Shown: positions 19,152-27,710 of the stretch, piece after piece
Layout: every line of letters starts with the position of its first letter
Position numbering within the stretch: the first letter of the stretch is position 1
DNA from: a virus
Taxonomy: Duplodnaviria > Caudoviricetes
Length of the DNA: 49,576 nucleotides
Strand: one strand, 5' to 3'
Virus record (IMG/VR): IMGVR_UViG_3300027007_000029
Location: 1-49,576 of that record
The notes under the pieces: generated by a model
The model's input: only the letters and a program-made list of their open reading frames with translations
Database searches by the model: none
What the model was told of the DNA's origin: nothing
Program-made: the position numbers and the translations under genes

Positions 19152-20120
19152 TCAGCGGTTGTGGATTTCTTGAAGGATCGTTTCTTCGCCCACCGCGTCG
19201 ATCATCTCGCTCGTCAGCGGCGAGTCGGCGTTGTCAGCCGTCTCGTAGAGCTGGTCGAGGATCGTCGCGTCGTCCTCCACGCCGAAGGTAGCCATCGCAC
19301 GGATGAATCCATCGACGGGGCCGGGGAGCGCGTCAGCGGTAGGCTCAGCGGCTTCCGCCGTGGTCGCCGTCACGGTTGCCCCACCGTCGGTCTCGACGCC
19401 GGGGGTCTGCTGGACGGGAGCGCCCACCGAGTTGTCCATCACGACCTGCGCTCCGGTAACGAGGTCGATCAGAACCGGATAGTGGAAGTCGTACTTGTCG
19501 CCCTCACGAATCTGCTTGAAGTACGCCACGTCCACCCCTTCGAGTTCTTCCCGAAGGGTGAGCGGGGTCGAAATCCAGTCCGTCAGCGTGTCCTCTTGGA
19601 GAACCGCCGCCTCGCCATGTTCGCTCAGGAGCTTCACGAGGCGCTTTGCCGACGAACTCGGCTTCTTCGCACCCTGTTCCCACATAATGATGTTGCCCAC
19701 CTCGTAGGCATCGTCAGACTCGACAAACTCGCCGTCGACGTAGACAGCGGTGGAGTCCGGTTCACCCGAGATCGGGTCGGACGACAGCGCCGCCGCAACA
19801 GGAGCGTAGTGGTACGTCTCGCGGAAGCTCTCGGAGTGACGCTCCGGAGCATCGAGCACGCCGAAGTCCTCGCCGTCGAGGAAGCCGAGCGCGTTCCACG
19901 AGAACAGCTTTACCTTTCCGGGCTTATCCTTCCGCTCCATCAGAACGCCATCCACGAGGGTTACGTCGTCCATCACGAAGCCGACGGACTGCCCGCCAGC
20001 GTTCCCGACCACCAGCCGCCCGACGTATCCACGGATCGTCGTCTCGGGGGTGATCGAGAAGTTAATGTCGTTGTATTCGTTGTCGTTACCACTCTGGCCG
20101 CCAAAGTTGTATTTGGACAT
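19152..20120 (-). CDS. Acidic protein, possibly ssDNA-binding; first gene of the replication operon
   Basis: 322 aa, beta-rich and acidic; function inferred only from position. Confidence 0.6.
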   Translation of the reverse strand: MSKYNFGGQSGNDNEYNDINFSITPETTIRGYVGRLVVGNAGGQSVGFVMDDVTLVDGVLMERKDKPGKVKLFSWNALGFLDGEDFGVLDAPERHSESFRETYHYAPVAAALSSDPISGEPDSTAVYVDGEFVESDDAYEVGNIIMWEQGAKKPSSSAKRLVKLLSEHGEAAVLQEDTLTDWISTPLTLREELEGVDVAYFKQIREGDKYDFHYPVLIDLVTGAQVVMDNSVGAPVQQTPGVETDGGATVTATTAEAAEPTADALPGPVDGFIRAMATFGVEDDATILDQLYETADNADSPLTSEMIDAVGEETILQEIHNR

Positions 20121-20271
20121 TGTTGTGTGATCTCCTATCGGAGAGAAGACGCCGCCAAAGAACGGCGGCTGAGAGAGACGGGCGTGGTCAGCGCCCGCAG
20201 AGTCGAGAAAGAACCGCAGACCGCAGACACAGAACGTAAAAACCGAGTCAACGCCCCCGTGGAGGGGGCAG

Positions 20272-20318
20272 AGCTACCCCGAGGAATCGAACCTCGGGTG
20301 GGGGAACCACCCGTAGCT
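20272..20318 (-). ncRNA. tRNA-like element A
   Basis: AGCTAC/GTAGCT stem, inner GGGTGG/CCACCC hairpin, CGAGG-TTCGATT-CCTCG T-arm; followed by a GCCCCC/GGGGGC hairpin (20253-20269). Confidence 0.65.
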
Positions 20319-20391
20319 ACCGAAGAACTATGCACAACCAAGAGCGGTCAATGAGCAATACTACTCGTCAGCGTTACGTGTCTCAGAACCC

Positions 20392-20446
20392 CGAAGCCCC
20401 GGAGGAATCGAACCTCCTTTCAGCACCAGCGGCGGATACGGCTTCG
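20392..20446 (-). ncRNA. tRNA-like element B
   Basis: CGAAGCC/GGCTTCG stem plus GGAGG-TTCGATT-CCTCC T-arm. Confidence 0.65.
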
Positions 20447-20558
20447 AGTGTTATTGGGGAAAGTTGAATTGGGGGTCAGGTTGGAGCGTGCGCCTGTGAT
20501 CGCACGTACCGACCGAACGGTGGACACCGAGGAGAAGTGACAACCTCGCGTCCACAGG

Positions 20559-20607
20559 GGCAAACGCTGGAGTCGAACCAGTCAGAGCGCCAAGTCGCTC
20601 CGCCGCC
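20559..20607 (-). ncRNA. tRNA-like element C
   Basis: GGCGGCG/CGTTTGCC stem, GAGCG/CGCTC hairpin, CTGG-TTCGACT-CCAG T-arm. Confidence 0.6.
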
Positions 20608-20630
20608 TTTTTGTCCTCACTATACTATTC

Positions 20631-20650
20631 GTTGGAAACATCTTAAAGAT
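20631..20650 (-). promoter_or_regulatory. Leftward promoter of the replication operon
   Basis: TTTAAG TATA box followed by TTCCAAC; same layout at 32661-32678. Confidence 0.6.
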
Positions 20651-20744
20651 TCCTCAAATCTGTCCGTCTGAGGAAACGGGAGTAGCATACTGCCCGCACC
20701 TTTATCCACTTCTGAAAGTGATTGGTAGCGTGGTATGCGGGTAA

Positions 20745-21326
20745 ATGACAGACAATAAACTTAGGCCGTACAAGATATGCCCGTTCTGCGGCGAGCGAGT
20801 ATTCGCCCGTGGGCTATATCTCCACGTTCTCAATACCCCCGACAAGGCACACGGCGGGGAAGACGCTGTTCCCGACGGGTTCAGCGCCAAAGACGTTGAA
20901 GACCAGGGAAAAGCGGCCAAAGATGTTACTGACACATCCGACAACCACGCCGATCTCAACGTAATGTGCAAGTTCTGCGGGGAAGTCTACCCCGACAAAG
21001 AAGAACTTGGGAAACACCTCTCGCTGATGAAACGGGTTGACGACCCGGTTCACCCGGAGAAAGCAACGCCGGACACCGCTGGATTAAGTGTCCCTGAGAA
21101 TACCTCTCCGGTTCGCAGATCGCCACGTTTCCAGGTCAGCGCCGATAATCCAATGGCGCAATTTCGCAGAGAACGCGCCGCAAGCCAGACTCCAGACGAG
21201 CTCAAATTTGTGCCACTTGAGGAGCTTCTGGAACTCAGAGATTGGGCACGGGAGCGAGAAGGGCAATCTGGAGCATACGTCAAGGTTGCCAGCAAACTGG
21301 ACGACCTCGTTGAAAAATACGGCTGA
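20745..21326 (+). CDS. Double C2H2-type zinc-finger protein, candidate regulator
   Basis: CPFC...LYLH...H and CKFC...LGKH...H; divergent from the replication operon. Confidence 0.7.
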   Translation: MTDNKLRPYKICPFCGERVFARGLYLHVLNTPDKAHGGEDAVPDGFSAKDVEDQGKAAKDVTDTSDNHADLNVMCKFCGEVYPDKEELGKHLSLMKRVDDPVHPEKATPDTAGLSVPENTSPVRRSPRFQVSADNPMAQFRRERAASQTPDELKFVPLEELLELRDWAREREGQSGAYVKVASKLDDLVEKYG

Positions 21327-21362
21327 CGTATGGCGGAAGGCGGCGACGATCAGAGGCCGCCG

Positions 21363-21836
21363 TCACACCCCTAATTGCTCCTTCAGCGTCTCGCTGTCGT
21401 AGTCCCTATTTTCAGTCCACGAGGAGAGCTGTTCAGCCAGCTCGATGATCTCCACGATTCCCTCGGCAGTCTCGTGTTCATCGTCTTCGAGAAGCGGGTA
21501 GATACCATCGAGAAACAGCTCCATATCCTGCGCTAAGGCCAGCGAATACGGGCCGATAATCTCGCAGATTCGAGCTATGTCGTCGCGTCGGGTGATCGTG
21601 ACGATGAAGTTCCCGGCGTCGGTCTCACGGACGTTCGAGTAGATGCTGTTTTGGATGCACCAGTCGTCGAAGAACGCCATCACGATCTCCCGGTTGATCC
21701 GCACTCGGAAGTCGGTGTGTATCCCGAATCCGTGGCGGGTCTGTTGGTTCTGTTGGGCGCTTACACTCAGGCTTCCTCGGGTGTCGAGGAGGCCGGCAAT
21801 GTAAGCGGTAGTCACCGCACTCTCGTCGTCTACCAT
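21363..21836 (-). CDS. LAGLIDADG-fold protein (single motif, probably catalytically degenerate)
   Basis: AYIAGLLDTRGSLSV followed by typical beta strands and IIGPY. Confidence 0.7.
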   Translation of the reverse strand: MVDDESAVTTAYIAGLLDTRGSLSVSAQQNQQTRHGFGIHTDFRVRINREIVMAFFDDWCIQNSIYSNVRETDAGNFIVTITRRDDIARICEIIGPYSLALAQDMELFLDGIYPLLEDDEHETAEGIVEIIELAEQLSSWTENRDYDSETLKEQLGV

Positions 21837-22105
21837 TGGTTGTCGTAACCATTTGAAGGGGGATATTTGTATCTTCATTGCTGTCTGTGCTACTATGATT
21901 CTCTCAGACGGACGAATTTTAGATAGCTTTATACAGTCTTAGAGCGTCTATTAGGTAGAGAACAACCGTGAGAGGGTTCTCTGTCTGATACCTCTGGTAG
22001 TAATCTATTCGTTAGACTACTCTCTCTAAGACTACTACCTATACTACTCTCAGTAGACTACACTCTAAGGAGACTACTCTCTAAGCAGACTACATTGGAG
22101 GAGAC

Positions 22106-22144
22106 ACCTTCCGCCCTATTACAGGAGGAGAGTAATCTCCTATA
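22106..22144 (+). repeat. 39-bp dispersed repeat, copy 1
   Basis: ACCTTCCGCCCTATTACAGGAGGAGAGTA[A/T]TCTCCTATA; 38/39 identical to 29481-29519. Confidence 0.9.
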
Positions 22145-22223
22145 ATATAGTATAGGTAGCAATCTCCTCGGCCTCGGTATTTCGACTGCATCCTCTCGAT
22201 TTGCGTTGTCTCCCCTATCTCCG

Positions 22224-22697
22224 ATGCCTTTCGACGAATTATCTGAAGAACCGTTAGTCTCGCCGGACACCAAGAACGCCACCAAGTTCCACCCGTCCGA
22301 AGCACCCGCTGAACAGGAAGCCTACTGGAAGCGCCTCGCCGGTTACAACTCTGGCGTCTACAACGGCTACTGGGAAGATTCGACTGAAATCCGACGCCTC
22401 GACAATCTCGGTGTCTTCGACGCAATCAGCTCGCAACTTGAGCTGACTCCATACCAGAAGCGAACGGGACGGATGCACTTTGACGAGCTGAATATCCGAG
22501 CGTTCGGCTACTCCGTTGAGCTGATCGTCTTTGCCGTTTGCGTTATCGTCACCGCCGAAGATGGTCGGCGCTACTCCCCGAGGGCCGCCCCCGAGAATAC
22601 CGACGCCGAGTTTGCCCGAATTGCTGACTCTCTCGATCTCCGCCCGAAGCTCATTGAGCGAGCAATCGGCGCAGTCCGAGGTGAGATTGATGCGTGA
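22224..22697 (+). CDS. Cyclin-fold / TFB-like protein
   Basis: FDAISSQLELT...FDEL...GYSVELIVFAVCVIVTAEDG resembles a TFIIB cyclin repeat. Confidence 0.5.
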   Translation: MPFDELSEEPLVSPDTKNATKFHPSEAPAEQEAYWKRLAGYNSGVYNGYWEDSTEIRRLDNLGVFDAISSQLELTPYQKRTGRMHFDELNIRAFGYSVELIVFAVCVIVTAEDGRRYSPRAAPENTDAEFARIADSLDLRPKLIERAIGAVRGEIDA

Positions 22698-23145
22698 GAC
22701 CGACTTCCGCATCATTACTGACACCAGAGAAAAGCTCCCTTACGACTTCGTGACCCACCGTGGCTCCATCAACCCCTCCGCCCTCGAAACCGGCGACTAC
22801 ACCATCGACGGATTCGAGGACGTATTCGCCGTTGAACGCAAGTCGCTGTCCGATCTTCTTCGGACGGTGACGTGGGGCCGTAAGAACTTCGAGGCCGAGC
22901 TGGATCGAGCCCAACACCTCGCTGAGTTTGTCGTCGTCATTGAGGCGTACCCCGACGATCTCAAAGATCACATCGAGGAATATGGGCGGAAGGTCCACCC
23001 CAATTCCATCTTCGGCTCGCTCAAAGCGTGGGAAGAATACCGGGGAATCCCGTTCCTCTGGTGTGGCTCCCGCGAGAACGCCGAACAGGTGACGCTCGAT
23101 CTTCTCACCGAGTGGCACGAGACCTACGGCGTTGAGCTCTCGTAG
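22690..23145 (+). CDS. ERCC4-domain (XPF/Mus81-like) nuclease, probable junction resolvase
   Basis: DTRE, GDY, VERKSLSDL, VVIE; start MRETDF overlaps the upstream gene. Confidence 0.88.
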   Translation: MRETDFRIITDTREKLPYDFVTHRGSINPSALETGDYTIDGFEDVFAVERKSLSDLLRTVTWGRKNFEAELDRAQHLAEFVVVIEAYPDDLKDHIEEYGRKVHPNSIFGSLKAWEEYRGIPFLWCGSRENAEQVTLDLLTEWHETYGVELS

Positions 23146-23294
23146 TCGTAATCGTTGAGAACCCGATTTTTCGCACACGACCGGCAGGCAAACGCTTTCC
23201 GCCCGCCGGAATCGTGCATACTCCACCCATCTTCTGTTTCATATAGTGGCATCCCGTTTAACCGAGGGCCACCGCAGAACGCACACGGAGTCAT
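23124..23294 (-). CDS. Small zinc-finger protein
   Basis: CAFCG...CRSC; TAATG coupling. Confidence 0.6.
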   Translation of the reverse strand: MTPCAFCGGPRLNGMPLYETEDGWSMHDSGGRKAFACRSCAKNRVLNDYDYESSTP

Positions 23295-23488
23295 TACTTC
23301 GTCCCAATCAGTCGGTTCGCTTTCTCTCTTGCTTCCTCGCTCATCGTGTAGTACGGGTGGCGACTGGCCCACACCCGCTCGATAAACTCGGTCCCGCAGG
23401 GATCGCAGAAGGCCAGCTCTTTTTCCTCGTCGACAATCACCGCTCTATCTCCACACGTCTTGCACCAGTCGAAGTTTAGGTCACTCAT
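23294..23488 (-). CDS. Small zinc-finger protein
   Basis: CKTCG...CDPCG. Confidence 0.6.
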   Translation of the reverse strand: MSDLNFDWCKTCGDRAVIVDEEKELAFCDPCGTEFIERVWASRHPYYTMSEEAREKANRLIGTK

Positions 23489-23511
23489 AATGCACCCCAC
23501 CAACGGGGCAG

Positions 23512-23559
23512 GCTCCCGGCGGCTGTCGAGACCGCTGGTGCGCTACGTGCGCCGGGAGC
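23512..23559 (-). ncRNA. tRNA-like element K
   Basis: Perfect 7-bp GCTCCCG/CGGGAGC stem, GCGGT-CTCGACA-GCCGC arm, then a CCCC/GGGG hairpin before the ATG. Confidence 0.55.
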
Positions 23560-23620
23560 GGAAGGGGAAGGAGGATGGATTGGCTACGAGCCGGAGGCCG
23601 TCACCGGGCCTCGTAGCGCC

Positions 23621-24862
23621 CTACTCAGCGTCGCCTTCCTCCATCGCCATCAGCAGGTTGTTAATGCGGTCCTCGCGGGCCTCGAACTCGGCCTTACGCT
23701 CGCGGAGGCTCTGGCTGTACCGTTCGACGGTCGCCAGCCCGCGTTTCTGGTTGAACGACAGTTCGCCCCCGTTCCGGACTTCAGCACGGCGACGCTCGCG
23801 CCGTTCGTACTCTGCCTCAATGACTTCCATCGTCTCGGCAGGGTTGTCGAGAATCCTCCGGGCCGTGAAGTAGTAGTCTTCGAGCTGGCCGTCCTCGGAC
23901 TTCCCGCGGAACGAGTGAGTCAGCGCGTAGGTCAGCCCGGAGTGAAGCACCCACTTATTCAGCCGGTTGCGAGACCCATCCTCGGTCTGCCCGCGAGCCT
24001 TCGCGTCCTGGGCCGCCGCGTTTGCCAGATACTCGGGAAGACCGAGTAACTGGTAATACTCGGAGACAGAGTACGGAAGCTCAGCGAAGTTCATCTCGAT
24101 TTCGAGGGCTTCGCTGATTAGCTCAAGCAGGTAGTCGCGGATCGCGCCCATCTGATCGAGCAGGTCCATAATCCAGCCGTGGTACTCCGAGGGCTTGCCG
24201 ACGTGTCGCCGGCTCATCTTTTCGGTCAGCGCCCGGAAGCTGTTATCGCATTGCGTGTCGTAGGCGAAGCCCCGAGCGTACAGCGACATTGAGCCGTCGA
24301 AGCTGTTGCCCGTCTGAATCCCCACGTAGAGCGGCTGGCGGCCTCCCGGCGGGTACACCAGCTCGTCGGTGAGGTAAATGTCGCCGTGGACCTTCCGCCC
24401 GTAGTCGTAGACACGGAACTCCCCGATAATCGCGTCGTTGAGATCAGCGTCCTCGAAGGCGTCGGCCCACGGAGACCACGCCTCAACGGGATTGATGATG
24501 GTGTACCGCTCACTCGATACGGCATACACCATCGCGTCGCCGTTCTCAACGTCTCCCGCCGTGAACGCCTCAGCGAGTTCCGGGTTGACGACCGCGTTCG
24601 CCGTGCTGATCGGGATGTTGTGTTCACGACCGGGGTTGAACGGGTTTGCCACCTCGATCTCGCTCGTGGTAGCCGTCGGGAGCTGGCGGATCGCGTCTGA
24701 GAAGGACAGCTCCGGGCGGTCGGTGAGATCGAGCTTCCCGAGGATGCTCTCGGGCATCTCCATCTGGAAGTTGTCGAAGGCCGTCACACCTGCGAAGGGG
24801 ATCGTGTAGTGTTCGTTCAGCGTTACACCGGCATCGCTCTCTGCGTCGTTGTGGTCACTCAT
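23621..24862 (-). CDS. DUF932-family phage/plasmid protein
   Basis: VSSERYTIINP, NSFDGS, QCDN; start moved to MSDHN, just downstream of CCTGAACCC. Confidence 0.75.
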   Translation of the reverse strand: MSDHNDAESDAGVTLNEHYTIPFAGVTAFDNFQMEMPESILGKLDLTDRPELSFSDAIRQLPTATTSEIEVANPFNPGREHNIPISTANAVVNPELAEAFTAGDVENGDAMVYAVSSERYTIINPVEAWSPWADAFEDADLNDAIIGEFRVYDYGRKVHGDIYLTDELVYPPGGRQPLYVGIQTGNSFDGSMSLYARGFAYDTQCDNSFRALTEKMSRRHVGKPSEYHGWIMDLLDQMGAIRDYLLELISEALEIEMNFAELPYSVSEYYQLLGLPEYLANAAAQDAKARGQTEDGSRNRLNKWVLHSGLTYALTHSFRGKSEDGQLEDYYFTARRILDNPAETMEVIEAEYERRERRRAEVRNGGELSFNQKRGLATVERYSQSLRERKAEFEAREDRINNLLMAMEEGDAE

Positions 24863-24902
24863 AGTTGGTTTCGGGTTCAGGTTCCCCCTACCGTCGGGGG
24901 AA

Positions 24903-24945
24903 AGCGTCGCCGGGGAGTTGCACCCCGAAACCGCTACTCGACGCT
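24903..24945 (-). ncRNA. tRNA-like element D
   Basis: AGCGTCG/CGACGCT stem, CGGGG-TGCAACT-CCCCG arm, then TTCCCCC/GGGGGAA hairpin and CCTGAACCC. Confidence 0.65.
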
Positions 24946-25039
24946 CAGCTACACAGCGCCCATCCACATCGGCAGTAAACGCACCCGCCTTCAGGGATCA
25001 GATGGGGATTCCTACACGACGGACACCGCTCAGGGATTC

Positions 25040-25147
25040 TCACGGGCACCCTCCAAGTCCGAAGACCGCCGAAACGTAGACGTACATCAAGACCACCGAG
25101 GCAATCCCGAGGGTCAGACCGATGTTGGTCACGTCGAAGGCGTCCAT
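25040..25147 (-). CDS. 35-aa single-TM peptide (not in ORF track)
   Basis: MDAFDVTNIGLTLGIASVVLMYVYVSAVFGLGGCP; TAATG coupling. Confidence 0.55.
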   Translation of the reverse strand: MDAFDVTNIGLTLGIASVVLMYVYVSAVFGLGGCP

Positions 25148-25515
25148 TAGTCGGCCTCGCGTTCGGGGTAACGCTCCATTAGCGCCTCCACTTCCGCCAT
25201 AATTCGGCGCTCAGCATCCTCCTGACTCGACTCGTCGGTGGGATCAAAGACTCGCATTACGCGGGTGGAGATTCGCTTCAGCTCGTTTATTTCGTCGTCG
25301 CGCTCCTCGCAGAGCGAAAGCACCGCGACGTGTTCTTTCGGCGGAAGGCCGGCGGTGTCGACGATCAGCTCGTAGAAGCGGTCGACGTGCTGGTTCGCCC
25401 ACACCCGCCGGGAAGCGGGATGGTGGTAGTAGCCACCCTTCGAGAGTGGCCGAGACACCTCGCCCACCGACCATCTCCAGCCGTTCGGAAGATCGGCGCT
25501 ACTACTACTACTCAT
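25147..25515 (-). CDS. Hypothetical protein (MSSSSSADLPNGW...)
   Basis: Start overlaps the upstream gene end. Confidence 0.6.
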   Translation of the reverse strand: MSSSSSADLPNGWRWSVGEVSRPLSKGGYYHHPASRRVWANQHVDRFYELIVDTAGLPPKEHVAVLSLCEERDDEINELKRISTRVMRVFDPTDESSQEDAERRIMAEVEALMERYPEREAD

Positions 25516-25795
25516 TTCGCACTTCCTGATCCGCCTTCTCCAGCCGCTCGATGGTCTCTTGAAGATTGGCGTCGAGTGCCCGAGCCGACTTCGCACCCGA
25601 ACACGCCAGCCGGGTAATCGCGGAGAGGTGGAGAATCGCCTGCCGAACTTTCGTATCCCGGTGCGTATCTCCGAGGGCGTACCGAGCTGATTCAGCGGCG
25701 TCGATGATGGTCTCAAACTCCGCCTCCATTTCTCCGACGTGGCGCTGTCTATCAATGCTCAGCTCGTCGGCCAGAATCCGGGGTTTGAAACTCAT
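25508..25795 (-). CDS. Helical hypothetical protein (MSFKPR...)
   Basis: Start reassigned from the ATGA overlap at 25792-25795. Confidence 0.6.
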   Translation of the reverse strand: MSFKPRILADELSIDRQRHVGEMEAEFETIIDAAESARYALGDTHRDTKVRQAILHLSAITRLACSGAKSARALDANLQETIERLEKADQEVRNE

Positions 25796-25929
25796 CGCGC
25801 CCTCCGCCCGCTCCCGTGATTCCGCGAGATTCGGAGCGCCGAGTGGTAGCGAGACGGCCAGTATTGGGTCGGGTAGAGGTTCTTCAGCGTGCTGTTCGTC
25901 ACCGATTGGTAGTTGGTCATTTTCCGCAT
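25792..25929 (-). CDS. 45-aa basic peptide (not in ORF track)
   Basis: ATG directly follows CCTGAACCCT; ATGA coupling to the next gene. Confidence 0.5.
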   Translation of the reverse strand: MRKMTNYQSVTNSTLKNLYPTQYWPSRYHSALRISRNHGSGRRAR

Positions 25930-25961
25930 AGGGTTCAGGTTTCAGCCCCCTTCCAGGGGCA

Positions 25962-26004
25962 ATCCGATTCGGGGAGTCGAACCCCGAGGTCGCCACTATC
26001 GGAT
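25962..26004 (-). ncRNA. tRNA-like element E
   Basis: ATCCGAT/ATCGGAT stem, CGGGG-TTCGACT-CCCCG arm, GCCCC/GGGGC hairpin, CCTGAACCC, ATG. Confidence 0.7.
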
Positions 26005-26024
26005 AGGTCGGTTGAGGGCCGAGA

Positions 26025-26297
26025 TCAGCAGGAAACTAATTCGACGCTGACAGCATCCCGATCAACGTTGTAATACTCAATCCCACCCGCTTCGAGCTGA
26101 GCGTTCGTTAGATTATGTGCCAACCCGAACGCCACAAACTCGTTCGGTGCGACAACTTGCTCAACGACTTCGAGAACACCGCGCTCGTCTAAGACCTCGA
26201 CGGAATTAGCGTGAAGTAACTCCTCTATCGCCGCATCCATATATTCAGGCAAAACGAACACGAGTACCCGCACCTCATAAATCGGATTCGACTTCAT
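26025..26297 (-). CDS. Hypothetical protein
   Basis: 90 aa, ATGA overlap. Confidence 0.55.
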   Translation of the reverse strand: MKSNPIYEVRVLVFVLPEYMDAAIEELLHANSVEVLDERGVLEVVEQVVAPNEFVAFGLAHNLTNAQLEAGGIEYYNVDRDAVSVELVSC

Positions 26298-26710
26298 AGG
26301 TGGTCAACCTCAAAGAGCGCACTTCCGAAGCCGTCGTTGTCGCCCGGATAGAACGACAGCGACCACCCCATCTCGTAGTAATCGGTGTCGTATTCCGGGG
26401 GGTGCCAGTACGATCCTCTCGATGTTCGGTAGGTCACGCCCACGTCGAAGCGCCCGAGGAACCGGATTCCCCATACGCGCTCTCTATCCGTGATAGTCTC
26501 GTAATTCTCGAAGTCGTCTCGGAGATCGTAGACCGGGGGGACGGATTCATTTTCGGCCCCATCGGGAAGCGCCAACTGAACGTCCTTGTTTCGCAGGACT
26601 TCGGGCGCGATTGAGAACGCCACGTCAGCGATGGTCTTCAGCGGGATTTCGACGGTCTCCACTTCGGTCTCAGATTCAGGCTCAGGTTCAGGGGTAGGGT
26701 CAGTTGTCAT
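26294..26710 (-). CDS. Hypothetical protein (MTTDPTPEPEP...)
   Basis: Acidic; start overlaps the upstream gene end. Confidence 0.6.
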   Translation of the reverse strand: MTTDPTPEPEPESETEVETVEIPLKTIADVAFSIAPEVLRNKDVQLALPDGAENESVPPVYDLRDDFENYETITDRERVWGIRFLGRFDVGVTYRTSRGSYWHPPEYDTDYYEMGWSLSFYPGDNDGFGSALFEVDHL

Positions 26711-26942
26711 TTTCAATTCCTCCAAAGAGGCGGAACCGCTCTCCGAGGAGCGGAAGTTCGTTGTCAGCCGGAATCCGAACGACACCAATAATGTCGTCGG
26801 GGCTAACGTACACGCCGCGGTCGCCGGACTGGATGTGAACGCGCTTCGGGCCGACCGAGCGCACGGTGCCTTCGGCCTCCTCGCCGTCGTAGCTGAATCG
26901 GACGAGAAGCCCTGGCTTCAGCTCAACGCGTTTCTCGGTCAT
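26700..26942 (-). CDS. Small SH3/KOW-like beta-barrel protein
   Basis: LKPGLLVRF...EGTVRSVGPKRVHI pattern. Confidence 0.55.
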   Translation of the reverse strand: MTEKRVELKPGLLVRFSYDGEEAEGTVRSVGPKRVHIQSGDRGVYVSPDDIIGVVRIPADNELPLLGERFRLFGGIENDN

Positions 26943-27373
26943 TTCAGCTCGGCCTCGGCCAGCGGGTCAATTAGGATGGTCGCGTTGCCAGCGATTACTC
27001 GGTCGCCTTCCTCCGTAACTACTCGAACGTCACACGAGTAATTCCCGCCGCCGAGATCGACGACGATCTCCGCGACGCCAGTCAGCAATTCACCGAACGG
27101 AACGGGCTTCAGGAAATCGAGTTGCTGATCGAGGAACACCACAACTGCGTCGCGGGTTCCGAATTTCGCCAGCGCCGCCGAGATCAGCGAACTGGTTAAC
27201 GCGCCGTGAACGATGTTCTCACCGAATCGAGAGCGCCGCCCGGTCGGAACGTGGAGGTGGAGTGGGTTACGGTCGCCGGAGAGATCAGCGAATAGCTGGA
27301 CTTCCGGTAGGTCGAATCGGGTGCTGTGGGTTCGGGTCTGTCCTTCTTCTAAGTGGTCTACTGCAAAGCTCAT
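26939..27373 (-). CDS. MaoC-family (hotdog) dehydratase
   Basis: FADLSGDRNPLH, FGENIVHG, FLKPVPFGE. Confidence 0.9.
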   Translation of the reverse strand: MSFAVDHLEEGQTRTHSTRFDLPEVQLFADLSGDRNPLHLHVPTGRRSRFGENIVHGALTSSLISAALAKFGTRDAVVVFLDQQLDFLKPVPFGELLTGVAEIVVDLGGGNYSCDVRVVTEEGDRVIAGNATILIDPLAEAELK

Positions 27374-27412
27374 TTTGGGTTCAGGTTTTAGGTCATTGGT
27401 CGACAGGCGGTA

Positions 27413-27658
27413 CTACTCGGCGTCCAAGTCGTCGACTCGTCGGATGTTCAGGTTGCGAACTCCGAGATCGACAGCCCGGACGGTGAATAAGTCGTGAGCA
27501 ATTTCGACGTGGCTTACCCCCTCGACTAATTCAGGATCAGTCAGCTCGCCAACGGTCAATCGCTCCGACGTATCCAGCGCAGTTGTCAAACACGACACCA
27601 CCAACGCAAGCGATTCGCGGTTGATGTGGGGGGAGTCGTGTTCTGGTACTCGACTCAT
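27413..27658 (-). CDS. Hypothetical protein
   Basis: 81 aa, acidic, downstream of element I. Confidence 0.6.
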   Translation of the reverse strand: MSRVPEHDSPHINRESLALVVSCLTTALDTSERLTVGELTDPELVEGVSHVEIAHDLFTVRAVDLGVRNLNIRRVDDLDAE

Positions 27659-27710
27659 AGCTGTGGGTTTATCTCATCCTCATTCCCCGGTTGATATTCG
27701 CGTGGGGAAA

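Noticed and set aside
19161-20354. 397-aa plus-strand ORF
   Set aside because: Antisense shadow of 19152-20120
24863-24967. N-terminal extensions of track ORFs 23621-24967, 25508-25996 and 31178-32146
   Set aside because: They run through t-elements and leader motifs; downstream ATGs fit the leader architecture better
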